From Coniocarpon cinnabarinum (lineage: Eukaryota), in contig JAVECO010000127.1 in assembly GCA_051942205.1 (NCBI GenBank), forward strand, positions 48,094 to 68,093: a DNA stretch of 20,000 nt, written 5' to 3'. Shown piece after piece: positions 9,540 through 20,000 of the stretch; within the stretch, counting starts at the first letter, position 1; each line of letters begins with the position of its first letter. The notes under the pieces are model-generated. The model searched no databases. It saw only the letters and a list, made by a program, of their open reading frames with translations, and was not told the origin of the DNA. The position numbers were made by a program, and so were the translations under genes.

Positions 9540-9845
9540 GTGCATGGGTCTCTGACATCGGTGGGAGCGGAACAAGGAATCGTGCAGCTTTTACTCGATC
9601 GAGGTGCCAATCCCATAGTGCACCTCGCCATAGAGCGTCATGAAAGAAGTTTACTACAGAAGCTGATCAACATGGGTGCTGATCTCAACGAGAGAGATCC
9701 GGACTACCATAGTGCGCTTATACGCGCAGTCTTTAAAAGAGACATCTTTATTGTACGGGTTCTGGCCGATGCTGGCGCGAAAGTTAACGTTTATGGACCT
9801 ATTGGGGGCGACGACATCTTGCTATGGGTCAATGTCGCTCAATAA
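9540..9845 (+). pseudogene. Ankyrin-repeat fragment (about 3 degenerate repeats)
   Basis: IVQLLLDRGANP, LLQKLINMGADLNERD and SALIRAVFKRDIFIVRVLADAGAKVN are ankyrin-like. No ATG precedes the first repeat and an in-frame TAG lies at 9519-9521. Confidence 0.65.
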
Positions 9846-10564
9846 TTAACCTTCATGAAGCGTTATTGGACCGCTAGAATGGTTGGCTATGCGAAGGAAT
9901 CGAAAGAAGGGTTACTCGGTCAATGAGACTCCCAAATTCGATTGTGACACGTAACAACGTGCATACAATGAGAATGAGGCTGCACATTTACATCAGCAGA
10001 TTTTCTGCATTTCACTTGGGTACTGTGGATGATGGTTAGGTCATGTTCCGAACATGTTCAGGTAACGCCGATATGCATACACGCAGGGGAGATGGGCAAA
10101 TAGGAAAACTTGTATTTGTTGTGAATAAAGCCGAAGCTACATTCAAGACTAAGCCTGATTGTCCTGTAATTTGGTCAGTCGAGCCACGTAGAGGCGACAG
10201 CGCATAGGCAATAAAGCACACAGTGAATCCACTCGCACGTGATTTGATTCGGCAGGGTAATACAAACCTTCTGAATATTCGCCATTCATAACAGATAACG
10301 ATGACCTTCTCGGAGGGCTCTGTAAATTGTTGTTTCCCCTTTCATGGATCTAGCTACGCAAATCAATGACTAAATCGACAAAAAAAAACGTTAGCCTGGG
10401 ACTGGGCCAGTAATGATCAGACCTGTGACCGCATTGTCGCATGGGATAAATGTCTCCGGGACCTAAAGTCTTCGCTTCGGACCTTACATTCCGTAGTCTG
10501 ACTTGCACTACCATTATAGCTACGTGACCAATAGCAGGAACTCCGTAGCAGTCAAACACAAGGT

Positions 10565-11311
10565 ATGACCGTTGTTTCTGCTGGCTTCCCACGCATCCAA
10601 CACGATACCCCATCCACAATAGTCAAGCACGGGCAGTCTTTCCGTCTTCAACGAGAAATCGACGCTATGGCTTTCGTGCGTTCGCATATTCCGGCAATTC
10701 CGCTGCCCATGGTGCTGGAATCTCACATACCTGATGACACCAATGACGTGGGCTGGTTCCGAATGGAAAAGCTACCAGGTGTACCGCTAGCTAAGTCCGT
10801 ATGGGAGAACTTGGGCCCTGATGCGCGCGTCAGAATGCTGCAAGAGCTGAAAGAGTATCTTGGACAGCTAAAGCTCTTGCCACAAGTTGATCCGGGCTGG
10901 ATTGGGAGTTGGAATAGGAAGCCTGCATACGATCATCGGCTTGACAATCGCGCAGCGAATGGCCCCTTCGCGTCGGTCAGAGACTTTCACGACGCGCTTG
11001 CAGCGCCTGCTTATAGTATTGATGCTGCAGAAGAAGTGACGGAGCAGCGCGAGTAGCTATCAGATGAGCACAGTATCACTTACGCGCATGCGGATCTGTC
11101 TTGGGAGCATGTGCTGCTGGAGCCACAAACAGGACGTGTGACGGGCATACTCGACTGGGAGATGACTGGATTCTGGCCTGCTTGGTGGGAGTACCGAAAG
11201 GCACTCTACGAGAGTCGAAGCCAAATGTGGTGGGCCGACATTGTACGAAAAATTCTACCAGTCTATGAGAAGGAGCGCATTGCAGATGAATATCTTGCAG
11301 AGTTTGGGTAG
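10565..11311 (+). pseudogene. APH/choline-kinase-like phosphotransferase with a single in-frame TAG at 11054-11056
   Basis: ORFs 10565-11056 and 11111-11311 share a frame. Motifs: IVK, REIDAMAFV, IPLPMV, MEKLPGVPL, GPFASVRDFH, then after the stop HADLSWEH, GILDWE and GFWPAWWEY. No plausible intron covers the stop. Confidence 0.85.
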
Positions 11312-11428
11312 CTGCCGCGGTCGTGAGATCAGGTACGTCCATCAGTGGAGACAATGATCTGCCGGGGTCAGACATGTCCTGCACAAAGCGTGACCTGCTT
11401 GCTGCATCGCGATACACTGAAGGATAAT

Positions 11429-11986
11429 CTATGTTCGTTTCCAGTGCTCATCCACCACTTTCTCGATGGCCTCTGTAGACAAACCGTCCCACAACTCCAC
11501 ACCATCTACGTTTTTCAACGGCTTCAGACAACTTGCAGCCCAATCCTGACAGTTCCATTTGGAATGCTCATCCTGGACAATTTTGACATTGGTTAAAGCC
11601 TTATGTATCCTATCACTCGTCTCGCCGCCTGCCCTGACTTCGCCGATAGACAGCATAATCTTTTCTGTGCCAGACTTTAGAAGGTCCATGTCTTCCTCTC
11701 TGCCATCATAATGGAAAGCACCCGGACTCCCTCGCAACTGGAAGATCACCCCCTTCTCATTCGACCAGCGAAGATCTTGAGCAATGAGGAATGCCCAGTG
11801 ATCGGGTCTTCTCTGGCCTTGGTAATGGCCGCGATCATACGCAACTAGGAGCAGTGGATGTTCCCAATTAAGGAGAGTTCGTACTTTTTCACGGGTGGGA
11901 TGTGAGTCAAGGATCTCCAAGGGTGCGCGTCCTGGGTCATGCCGATGGAAAAGGTGAAGGACTCCTTTTTGGTAGCCACCTGTCAT
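11429..11986 (-). CDS. DUF6540-like fungal protein with His...Cys motifs (HWAFLI / WNCQDW), about 185 aa
   Basis: Intact ORF from the ATG at 11986. Motifs HWAFLI, GVIFQLRGSPGAF, IGEV and WNCQDW match my recollection of this family. The family name is unverified. Confidence 0.7.
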   Translation of the reverse strand: MTGGYQKGVLHLFHRHDPGRAPLEILDSHPTREKVRTLLNWEHPLLLVAYDRGHYQGQRRPDHWAFLIAQDLRWSNEKGVIFQLRGSPGAFHYDGREEDMDLLKSGTEKIMLSIGEVRAGGETSDRIHKALTNVKIVQDEHSKWNCQDWAASCLKPLKNVDGVELWDGLSTEAIEKVVDEHWKRT

Positions 11987-12810
11987 GATGAGAGGGGACA
12001 CCGATGCTGAACTCGATAAATGATCAAGGTGCGTATGGGTAGTAGGCTAGTTGATCAAGCAGTGTATTGTATAATCTTGCATGGTAAGTGGAAACGGTTG
12101 ACTATCTATGGCGAAAATGCATGGCACACATGGAATGCCCATGTGCCACAGACGTTGCCACCATACTTCCTGTCATTCGTACAGTGTGAGTCCACAAATA
12201 ACACAGATTAAGGCAATGACGAGATGTGGCAAGTTGTTCTCATCAGTCTCAACGAAGGATCAGTAGAAGTGACAAATTGCCTCCACCAACGAAAGCGCAT
12301 TTGGTGGACGAATCGGAAGATGGACAGAACCGGCTCGTCGAAATTACCATCAATGGTGCATCAACAGGAGGCCAAAAGGTCCATATCATTGGTAGCCGCT
12401 ACGTTGCATCAGAACAAATGAAAGCCATGATGCGAAGTGGAAAGGAGTCTAGAGCTGAAACGCCTGCAGAAACTGTGGCCTTGTGACAGCGCAAAGCTTC
12501 TCGCAATAACTTCCCAAATTCCTGTTGCGGCGCATGTCGAATCCGCTAAGTCCAGGATTTGATCTTGTCATAGGCAACAGCTCACGTATGAGTCTTGATC
12601 CGTTCAATTACCCACCAAAACAATTGGTACTCATATCGAGGCTGAGGGGTGACTCCGACATTGTTCTATTCCAATAGACAGACGCCAGAGATCTTCACGA
12701 CGTACGCATTCAAAATTCTGCAAGTAGTCGCACGTGATCTTCCACACCTCATAAGTGCCTTAAATTCAACCACCAGTGGTTTCTTCTAACCCAGTGACAT
12801 ACCTTCTATA

Positions 12811-14324
12811 TCAGACCGTCACTGGCCATTCCATGGCTCCATCCGCCAACTTGCAACACACCTCGTATGCCTCTCCAGCCTTAACTCGCATCACCCTCGT
12901 CCCATTTTTCAAACTCAACCCTTGAACCCCTTCCGCCACTGTCTCCTCGCTGGGCTCCCACTCCGTGTCCACAATTGTCACTTCATCCTCTATTCCCTTC
13001 ACCTCAGGCTCAGCATACAAAAACAGCTTCCGATGCAGATTACGTCGAAATCGCTCATGATGACACACGACCGGCCAAGGCTTCACCGCAGTATCTACGG
13101 TCATCGGATCTTGACTTGAATTGACATGCTCTTCCGGCGCCGAGACGATGAGGAATTTCTCGTCGTCATGCACGCGATCGGCGGTCTCTGGATCCATCAG
13201 CTCGGCAATGCGCCAGGCGTCTTCCTCCACCTTGCACTGCAGCACGAAGGACCAGTGCGCTATGTGGAAGGGCCGCATACCCGTGTCGATTTTATTGAAG
13301 ATTTGCAACGTCTCTGGGTTGGACGCGGGGATGCGCTGAGCTTCGAAGACAACAGGGTTGCTGGTCGAGCGATCGATCTTGACGAGGAGGAGACCATCTT
13401 GCTCGACATCCGGTTGGTCTGCGAGCAGGAACATGGAGTCGTGGATACCGTGGCCGCCTTCATCGACTGTCATGTATTCGGTGATGGCGAAAGTGAGGGC
13501 GCGCTGGTCGTAAGGACCGAGCGGGCAATCGGCGGAGCCAGTAGAAGGATTGTCGGAGATGATAGGGGCTGTAGTAAGTTTGAATCCAGCGGGGCTGGAA
13601 GCGCAAGGAGAGATGTACCCCTGAATGCCGTAGGGAAGGAACGTGTGAGCATGGGCGGCGGACTTCGATCCAAGAGCGTTGAGGACCGCGTCTTGGGAAA
13701 CACCTTGGAGAATGTAGATGCCAATGACGTAGTCTGGAGTAAAGGGTGCATCCATAGCATCATCGCTGGGAGGTGTTAGCGTTTTAGCAGCGATGAGATA
13801 ACATAGCTGAAAGCTCACCTGTCTTGGCCATCGGAATCGTTGTCGCCGATGTTCTGCAGGTGCTGAAATTCCTGCTCAAGCTTGCTCCAGTCCAGGTGCG
13901 AGATCTGCAGGTTGGCGAAGGCGGAGCCGGCGGATGCGGCGGGCACCCACATCTTACGGACCGCGGGGTCACTGTTGGTGCCCGTCGACACGAGGAGCAC
14001 CCCATACTGCTCGAAGTCTTTTTCCACGACCGCAATATAATACGCGGGGTGGAAGACTGTGTTGACAACAACCTTGCGGTGAGTCTCGAGTGACGATCTG
14101 AGAGGCCTCCCGATCTTGTCTGAGTGAGGTGCGGGGCAGACTACATCACTGCCACTTGTCATGAGCTGGCTGTTGCAAAGGGCAATGAGATCGCTAATGG
14201 CGGTCAAGGGGAGGTGGACATGGAAATAAATGGCACAGCACTGTTTTGTGTGGGGATTGAATTTCTGTCGATTGGCAGCGGAGTCATTTTGAGCCGGGAG
14301 GCTGAGATCGAGCTCGTTGGGCAT
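12811..14324 (-). CDS. Hypothetical protein, 486 aa, with three tandem DUF6924-like modules; exons 14324-13819, 13765-12811
   Basis: A 53-nt intron at 13766-13818 (gtgagc...gctaac...cag on the minus strand) joins ORFs 13815-14324 and 12811-13818 in frame. An internal motif recurs three times (see findings). Confidence 0.8.
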
Positions 14325-14715
14325 GATGATGTTTGAAGGAGTGGACTACAAAGGGAAATATAAGAGAAAGAGGAATGGTTTCTGAGAGATTGAACGAGAC
14401 AGGTTCAAGAGAGATGGGAGCAGACCATTCGGGGGTTTTTACTAGTGAGCAAGATCCATTTCAGAAGTCGTGGGGTCTGAGCGCTTGTGGACACAGTATC
14501 TGCAAACTGGCATGAGGGGGCTGCTTTACCGAAGGGGGTGCAAACTCGCGAGCTGCATTTGCCGGATTCTGCGAGAAGGATGAACCGTTTCACAAATGTG
14601 CGGGCAGCAGATCGGCCGCACTGGCTGCTAATGGGGGCTGTAGCAAGATTTTATGTTGTTCACTTCCTCTATGCCGTGTAATAAGGAGAACGGAAGAAAG
14701 AAGTTGACAACGTTG

Positions 14716-14958
14716 CACGTGTCTGTCACGGTAGGGTCGCGTCGAGGATGAGGACGTATCATTGTGGCACTTGTCACGTGCTATTATAGATGTGCCGCCA
14801 GAGTAATCACGACATGGATGAGCCGCATGCAGAGCTTCTGGACCAACTTTGGCCGGCGTTCGCCTTTACCCAGTGTACTGACAGCGGCCTAGAACAATAC
14901 AAGCCCGACGCTGTGCCTGGCCTGCAGATTGTCAACTTCTATGACGGCATCACGTGAC
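14716..14958. promoter_or_regulatory. Cluster of CACGTG E-boxes in the divergent intergenic region
   Basis: CACGTG at 14716-14721, 14775-14780 (gtCACGTG) and 14951-14956 (atCACGTGac). These are bHLH-type sites by sequence; function is untested. Confidence 0.35.
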
Positions 14959-15612
14959 TGTATTGCTAATGTCAGCATATCTCGGTCCCCGCGCTTAGAA
15001 ATTGTCACGCTTGTCATTTCACCTACTCCGTCACTCCGTGTGGAGAGCGCTGCTCCGACCTTTACCTATCCTTGTCCTCTTCCATTTCCGACCTCACTTC
15101 AAGCATCTCCAGATCTCGACCCGTGTCATGCCCTCCCCCTTGTCTTATGCTTTGACCCTATACGGCGTGCCCCTCGAGCTCTTGCGCAAGGCTGACTCCC
15201 CCTACGATCTCGTTCCTGCTGCCCAGCCGTAGCCTTGCGGCTGACGACCGCTCGCAGGCGCGCTCTTACTTGCGCTATACTTGCCGTCCCATCTTGACAC
15301 CAATGCGCTGACGTTTGCGTCGCGGCCCGCCCTTAGATCTTCAACTTGCCAACGTCCCACGACCAGAGTGTTCCTCTATTCAGGTACATCACTGGAGCAT
15401 CTATACCCGTCGTGTCGGTTGGCGGTCATCTGTATGAGTATCCATTCAGCCGATCCATGGCGACTCACTCGTTCTTGTACTGAGAGGGATACACTGCCGA
15501 GCTGTGCCGAAGCTCGAATCGCGTGTCGCATACTATTATTAGGGAGCTTGTAAGCCCAAAGACCAGAGGCCCACAGCACTGCATTCTTCCTCCACCGCGA
15601 CCGTCGACTGTC

Positions 15613-17367
15613 ATGGCTGCTGTTGCAGGTTCCCAAGTACCCGGGCTGGACCCGACGCGTTCCGCAAGTCCATCATCCCCGCAAAGTCCTAGATCCGGGG
15701 GCACCGCAGGCACAGGAGATGCAATGGATGTGTCGCCAACCAGCGCTGCACCAATGCGACCGCCGAACGGTACCCAAATCTTGAAGAACACAAAGCTGAG
15801 CGATGCGTCCAAAAAGAGCTCGGGGTCTGCCACAGGCGCCGCCGCCGCCGTCTCCAACCCCAAAGTTGTCCAGAGTGCGTTTGTTCACAAGCTATACAAC
15901 ATGCTGGAGGACAAGACCATCTCGCATCTCATAACATGGTCATCATCGAACGATAGCTTCCTTATGTCACCCTCCACCGAGTTTTCGAAAGTGCTGTCGA
16001 CCTACTTCAAACACACCAACATCGCCTCTTTCGTGCGACAGTTGAACATGTACGGGTTCCATAAAGTGAGCGACGTCTTTCATACGGGATCTTCAGAGAC
16101 CACATTGTGGGAGTTCAAGCACGGACAAGGACATTTCAAGAAAGGGGATCTAGACAGTCTCCGTGACATCAAGCGACGTGCCTCGCGACACGCGCTCATC
16201 CACAGGGACTCCTTCCCATCGTCATCAAAGCCCAGCATCACTCAACCTCCCCTGCCGCCGGAACTGCCAGCCGATACTACTGAAGCGAGACTGGGTATGT
16301 TGGAGCAGAATCTCTACGATATGCATGGTCGACTAGCAAGATCTGAAGAAAATGGCGCCCTCATGGCCGCCAGGTGTCAAGAGCTCACAGATCAACTAGC
16401 GACATCATATCACCACAATCAGGAGCTCTCTGCAAACCTCGCCAGCCTTGTTGAAGACCCGCATCATCCCGTGCGTCGGAGCATCTCGCAAATGCAAAAT
16501 GAAATTCAACGCCATCTCGATGCTTTGCGCCGGCCCTCCGTGGCCTCGACTTCACCCCACAGTCAAACTTATCATCAACGACCTCCCGACTCTAGTCCGA
16601 CTTCTCCGCATGCGCTGGCTTACGACGATCGTCGACGCGCCTCCATACAGTTTCCCCAGCGGGATAATCGTCCGCTTGAACCGTCACCCATGCGGCACGG
16701 ATCGTTTGGCACAGCACGTTCGTCGCCTGGTTCTGGCAGACTCGCGCCGCCGCCACCTCCAGCTTTTTCACAACAACCCACTCCTCCACCCCCGATGCAA
16801 CATCCGCAAGTACCCTCAGTCGCTGTAGAGCCACCGCCTTACCTACCACGACGTCACACGTCTGCTGACATCCTCTCCACGAACGAATGGACCTCACAAC
16901 ATCGCCAATCCGAAAGCCGAGAGCCTGCTTTGCCCAGTCCGTTTGGCTCGGCGTTTTCGAATGGTGGAGGTGGTGTGCCTTATCCTGGTAATGGGGATCG
17001 CCAATTGCAAGACAAGCTCAACTCGTACACTTTCGGTGGAGCATCAACGCAAAGCAGCGTTACTTTGCCTCCGCCTGTTACGCGAGATAGGGGCAGCGTG
17101 TCTCATCAATCATCGCGTGCGCCGTCGCCTCCGCCAGCTCACTTAGCACCACCACAGCCAACTGAGCCTCCTTGGGCCCAGCCTCCCGCAGTGCGCATGC
17201 CATTCCGTGACGTCTTTCGAAGTAGTGGCTTGTCCAGTCCCGTGAGCTCAGGCGCGCCCACTCGGCGTAGTAGTATGGCTAATATTCATAATATTATGAA
17301 TCCGGCCGATTCTGCAGATGCAGACGACGGTGAAGAAGATCAGAGAAAGCGAAAGCGGCGGGCCTAG
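15613..17367 (+). CDS. SFL1: HSF-type DNA-binding transcription factor, Sfl1-like, 584 aa, intronless
   Basis: HSF domain AFVHKLYNMLED...WSSSNDSF...YFKHTNIASFVRQLNMYGFHK...WEFKH...FKKG, followed by a coiled coil, a Pro/Ser-rich region with RRxS sites, and a C-terminal RRSSMANIHNIMNP plus RKRKRR (NLS-like). No receiver domain. First in-frame ATG at 15613. Confidence 0.9.
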   Translation: MAAVAGSQVPGLDPTRSASPSSPQSPRSGGTAGTGDAMDVSPTSAAPMRPPNGTQILKNTKLSDASKKSSGSATGAAAAVSNPKVVQSAFVHKLYNMLEDKTISHLITWSSSNDSFLMSPSTEFSKVLSTYFKHTNIASFVRQLNMYGFHKVSDVFHTGSSETTLWEFKHGQGHFKKGDLDSLRDIKRRASRHALIHRDSFPSSSKPSITQPPLPPELPADTTEARLGMLEQNLYDMHGRLARSEENGALMAARCQELTDQLATSYHHNQELSANLASLVEDPHHPVRRSISQMQNEIQRHLDALRRPSVASTSPHSQTYHQRPPDSSPTSPHALAYDDRRRASIQFPQRDNRPLEPSPMRHGSFGTARSSPGSGRLAPPPPPAFSQQPTPPPPMQHPQVPSVAVEPPPYLPRRHTSADILSTNEWTSQHRQSESREPALPSPFGSAFSNGGGGVPYPGNGDRQLQDKLNSYTFGGASTQSSVTLPPPVTRDRGSVSHQSSRAPSPPPAHLAPPQPTEPPWAQPPAVRMPFRDVFRSSGLSSPVSSGAPTRRSSMANIHNIMNPADSADADDGEEDQRKRKRRA

Positions 17368-17785
17368 AGGGGCGCTGTAGATAGGAAGAGGGGGAAGATG
17401 TGAAAGATACCATGTTCTATTTATTGACGGCCTTACGGGATCTGCAAGGCGTTATGCGGGTGGCCTCGTGGAAAATTTATTGACAGCTACCCAAAATCGG
17501 CATTGTTAGCATGGCGCGCAGTAGTCGTGCAGGCTGCATGTAATGATGTAGATGACGCTGAAGTGACTATATACGGGCAGATGTCAATGCATAGAGCAAG
17601 CAAGCTAGCTAGGTAATTTCTCAAACAATCGCTTACTGCTTTGAAGCAGCACGTAAGCAACTGTATAAGCGAGTGATCTTACCCCAACTCTCGAGAATTC
17701 TTCACATGTGAATTTTGTCTCAATCCCTGCACAGCAAATCTAAAGCGCCGGAGCTTCCATTGCCCTTGTCAAAAGAGGAACCGCG

Positions 17786-18703
17786 ATGCCAGAAAAGCTG
17801 TACATTACGTACAACCAGGTACGAGCACCAGCTCCGACCATTGACCTATCAGAGTCGCACTCACAACAATACATGACAGGTGCACAAGCTCTGCCAGGCA
17901 TCTGCGGAGCGCATACTCAATGACTTTAAGCCCAATCTTATGATCGCCATTGGCGGTGGCGGCTATGTACCAGCGCGAATACTTCGGTAAGCTCACTCCT
18001 GCATAAGATCACGCTGTTGAATATTACATTGGAAGATCCATTCGCTACCGCTGCTGCTTTCAGTCTCGCATGTATTGACATAGCTGTTCCACAGCTCCTT
18101 CCTCAAACGCTCAGGCAACCCCAACATTCCCATCCAGGCCATCGGCCTCTCCCTATACGAGCAGCTGCCCTCGCTGCAGACAAATGGCGAAGCCCCGGAC
18201 AAAGACGTTGAGAAACCAGGCACAAAGGTCACACGCACGCAATGGCTAGATCTTTCCAGTCTGGAGATGAAGAATCTCATTGGCAAGAATGTGCTCATTG
18301 TGGACGAGGTGGATGATACGCGGACAACGCTGGAATACGCAGTCAAGGAGCTGGAGAAAGACGTTGAAGAGGCGAGGAGAAGACATGGCATTGGTGCTGA
18401 AGAAGGGAAGACGACGTTTAGTATCTTTGTGCTGCATGTGAGTCTGCCCGCTGTGGATGTATCTGCTACTTGTGCATTGGTTGACAAATGTGACAGAGCA
18501 AAGACAAGCAGAAACATGGGCATCTTCCGCCGCAGCTACTTAGCGAGGACAGATACATTGCAGCTGTCACAAGTATGATCCCTGCCACAAACAAGCGGAA
18601 AGTGCTAACCAGTGTAGCTCCTGATGTCTGGATATGCTATCCATGGGAAGCGACCGACATCGATGAACACGATCAGCTCGCCAATGTGCAAAGTCGGAAC
18701 TGA
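17786..18703 (+). CDS. XPT1: Xanthine/hypoxanthine-guanine phosphoribosyltransferase (Xpt1/Hpt1 family), 214 aa; exons 17786-17818, 17880-17986, 18095-18437, 18497-18572, 18618-18703
   Basis: Four canonical introns give MPEKLYITYNQVHKLCQ...IAIGGGGYVPARILRSFLK...IQAIGLSLYE...RTQW...VLIVDEVDDTRTTL (PRPP-binding loop)...WICYPWEATDIDEH. Confidence 0.95.
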
Positions 18704-19466
18704 AAGACAACAGAATACCTCAAGCTGTTGAGGGAGCGTCTAGCGCGCGACTAGCTACTACACAGAACCACAGACAATTGTGGAGGGCCATCCAGCACTG
18801 GTGTGGTCTCTCGAGCTCCCGTTCCAGCATCTCTGCAGAGGAGATACTTGCAAAGCGTCTTCAATTACCAAACGGTCCAGATATTGCGCCCCTTCGAATG
18901 GCAGGATCTGTTATGAGATCAGCTGCCACTACAACGCACGTTGAGACTGAAGACAGATCCATGATTTGGAATCCAGCAGTACATCATCAGTACCAATGAA
19001 GCCTCAACGGCAATCGCAAGCGGTCAACACATCACACCGCCCGTCGTCCATGCCGAGTTGATTGGTGTCTCCATGCCCCTACTTGCTGCTCAAGTAAGTG
19101 AATGCAATGAAAGCGTTCCCCGCGCGCTACTCATGCGCCATCTCAATGCTTGAAATACTCTTTCTCGCTCAGTTTTTTCAGATCGCAGGTCTATCTGCGG
19201 TCTATTTGCAATTTTGGGAGGTCTTTTTATAGTAATCAAGCCTCGAGAGCCTTCACATAAACCGCGTTGTCTGTTAGCACCTCCCACGCTGATCTGAAAT
19301 TAATTCACATGCAAAGCGTGCGATAGACACACGTGACATCGCGCATTAGCGCGTCGAACCCCGCCCCTCTCAGCCTTCGTCTTCAAAGAACATGATCCAC
19401 CATACAAACAAAACTATTAGTTACGGTGCTGCTCAATACCACTACTTGACGAGATAAGTACCAAAA

Positions 19467-20000
19467 ATGACATCAGCGCCAACGAAACAAGCGCAGCCTC
19501 CATCAGCACAGAAGCCGAATTCAAAAGATCAAACCGCTCAGCCCGCACGCACCCAACCTCCCGAATCGTGGGACGAGGCGCGATTGAACTCGGCGCTGGA
19601 ATTGGTTGGGAAATTGCAGGAACATGTATGCCTATGCTTTGCCCCTTCAGCATACCTCCTTCTGCCTCCCCTCAATGACACCTTGAATGCCATCTCTCAA
19701 ACCCATTGTCGCTTATTTGGATAAGCAACTGACACGTGCAGATTACAACACTCCGCCTTGAACCACCTCAACTCCTTCAAGCATTAGTCCCGCCCAACCC
19801 CACAACACCACTCAACACAGGCCTCCCCTCACCACCCCGTTCACCGCCCTTCGGGGCACAACAAGATCCAGATCCTGGAAGTCCGGAGGCGGTGTATGCT
19901 CGTTTCGAAGAGACGGCTTTGTTGCTTGAGCGGACGATCAAGGATATGAAAGATGTCTGGGGTGGGACGGAGGTGGAGGGGTTGCTGGACTATGTGAAAC
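19467..20000 (+). CDS. Conserved fungal hypothetical protein, 5' part (runs off the window); exons 19467-19625, 19742->20000
   Basis: Intron 19626-19741 (gtatgc...ctgac...cag) gives WDEARLNSALELVGKLQEH|ITTLRLEPPQLLQALV...SPEAVYARF..., open to the window end. Confidence 0.75.

Noticed and set aside
2161..11056. Alternative genetic code (stop reassignment) explaining the in-frame TGA and TAG
   Set aside because: Conserved genes in the window end normally at TAG (17367) and TGA (18703) and use TGG for Trp.
12226..12486. 86-aa ORF
   Set aside because: GTG start, upstream ATGs out of frame, no family recognised.
13126..14336. Plus-strand ORFs of 217, 89 and 70 aa
   Set aside because: Antisense shadows of the minus-strand gene 12811-14324.
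17993..18523. 176-aa minus-strand ORF
   Set aside because: Antisense shadow of the phosphoribosyltransferase gene.
1..20000. CRISPR arrays, rRNA/tRNA genes, prokaryotic operon or defence systems
   Set aside because: No repeat-spacer array or structured RNA gene seen, and the spliceosomal introns show the DNA is fungal.

Overview
Eukaryotic, filamentous-ascomycete-type DNA with short GT-AG introns and CTRAC/CTAAC-like branch sites. It has two halves. (1) About 1-14.3 kb looks like an accessory island: a small secreted Cys-rich gene, a partial tandem duplicate of its 3' end plus downstream spacer that carries a 120-bp hAT-type MITE with an 8-bp TSD, a 4-exon PD-(D/E)xK nuclease-like gene flanked by two paralogous small genes (one with a nonsense codon), two related Cys/His microprotein genes, an ankyrin remnant, an APH-like kinase with an in-frame TAG, a DUF6540-like gene and a triple-repeat DUF6924-like gene. 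(2) About 15.6-20 kb holds conserved core genes: an intronless Sfl1-like HSF transcription factor, a 5-exon xanthine/hypoxanthine phosphoribosyltransferase and the 5' part of a conserved hypothetical gene. The best candidate for an undescribed system is the nuclease plus its two flanking genes, which look like catalytic-site-less relatives of its C-terminal half; the upstream one also shares a duplicated promoter with it (possible toxin/decoy-antidote module). All gene models and alignments were made by eye and no database was searched.
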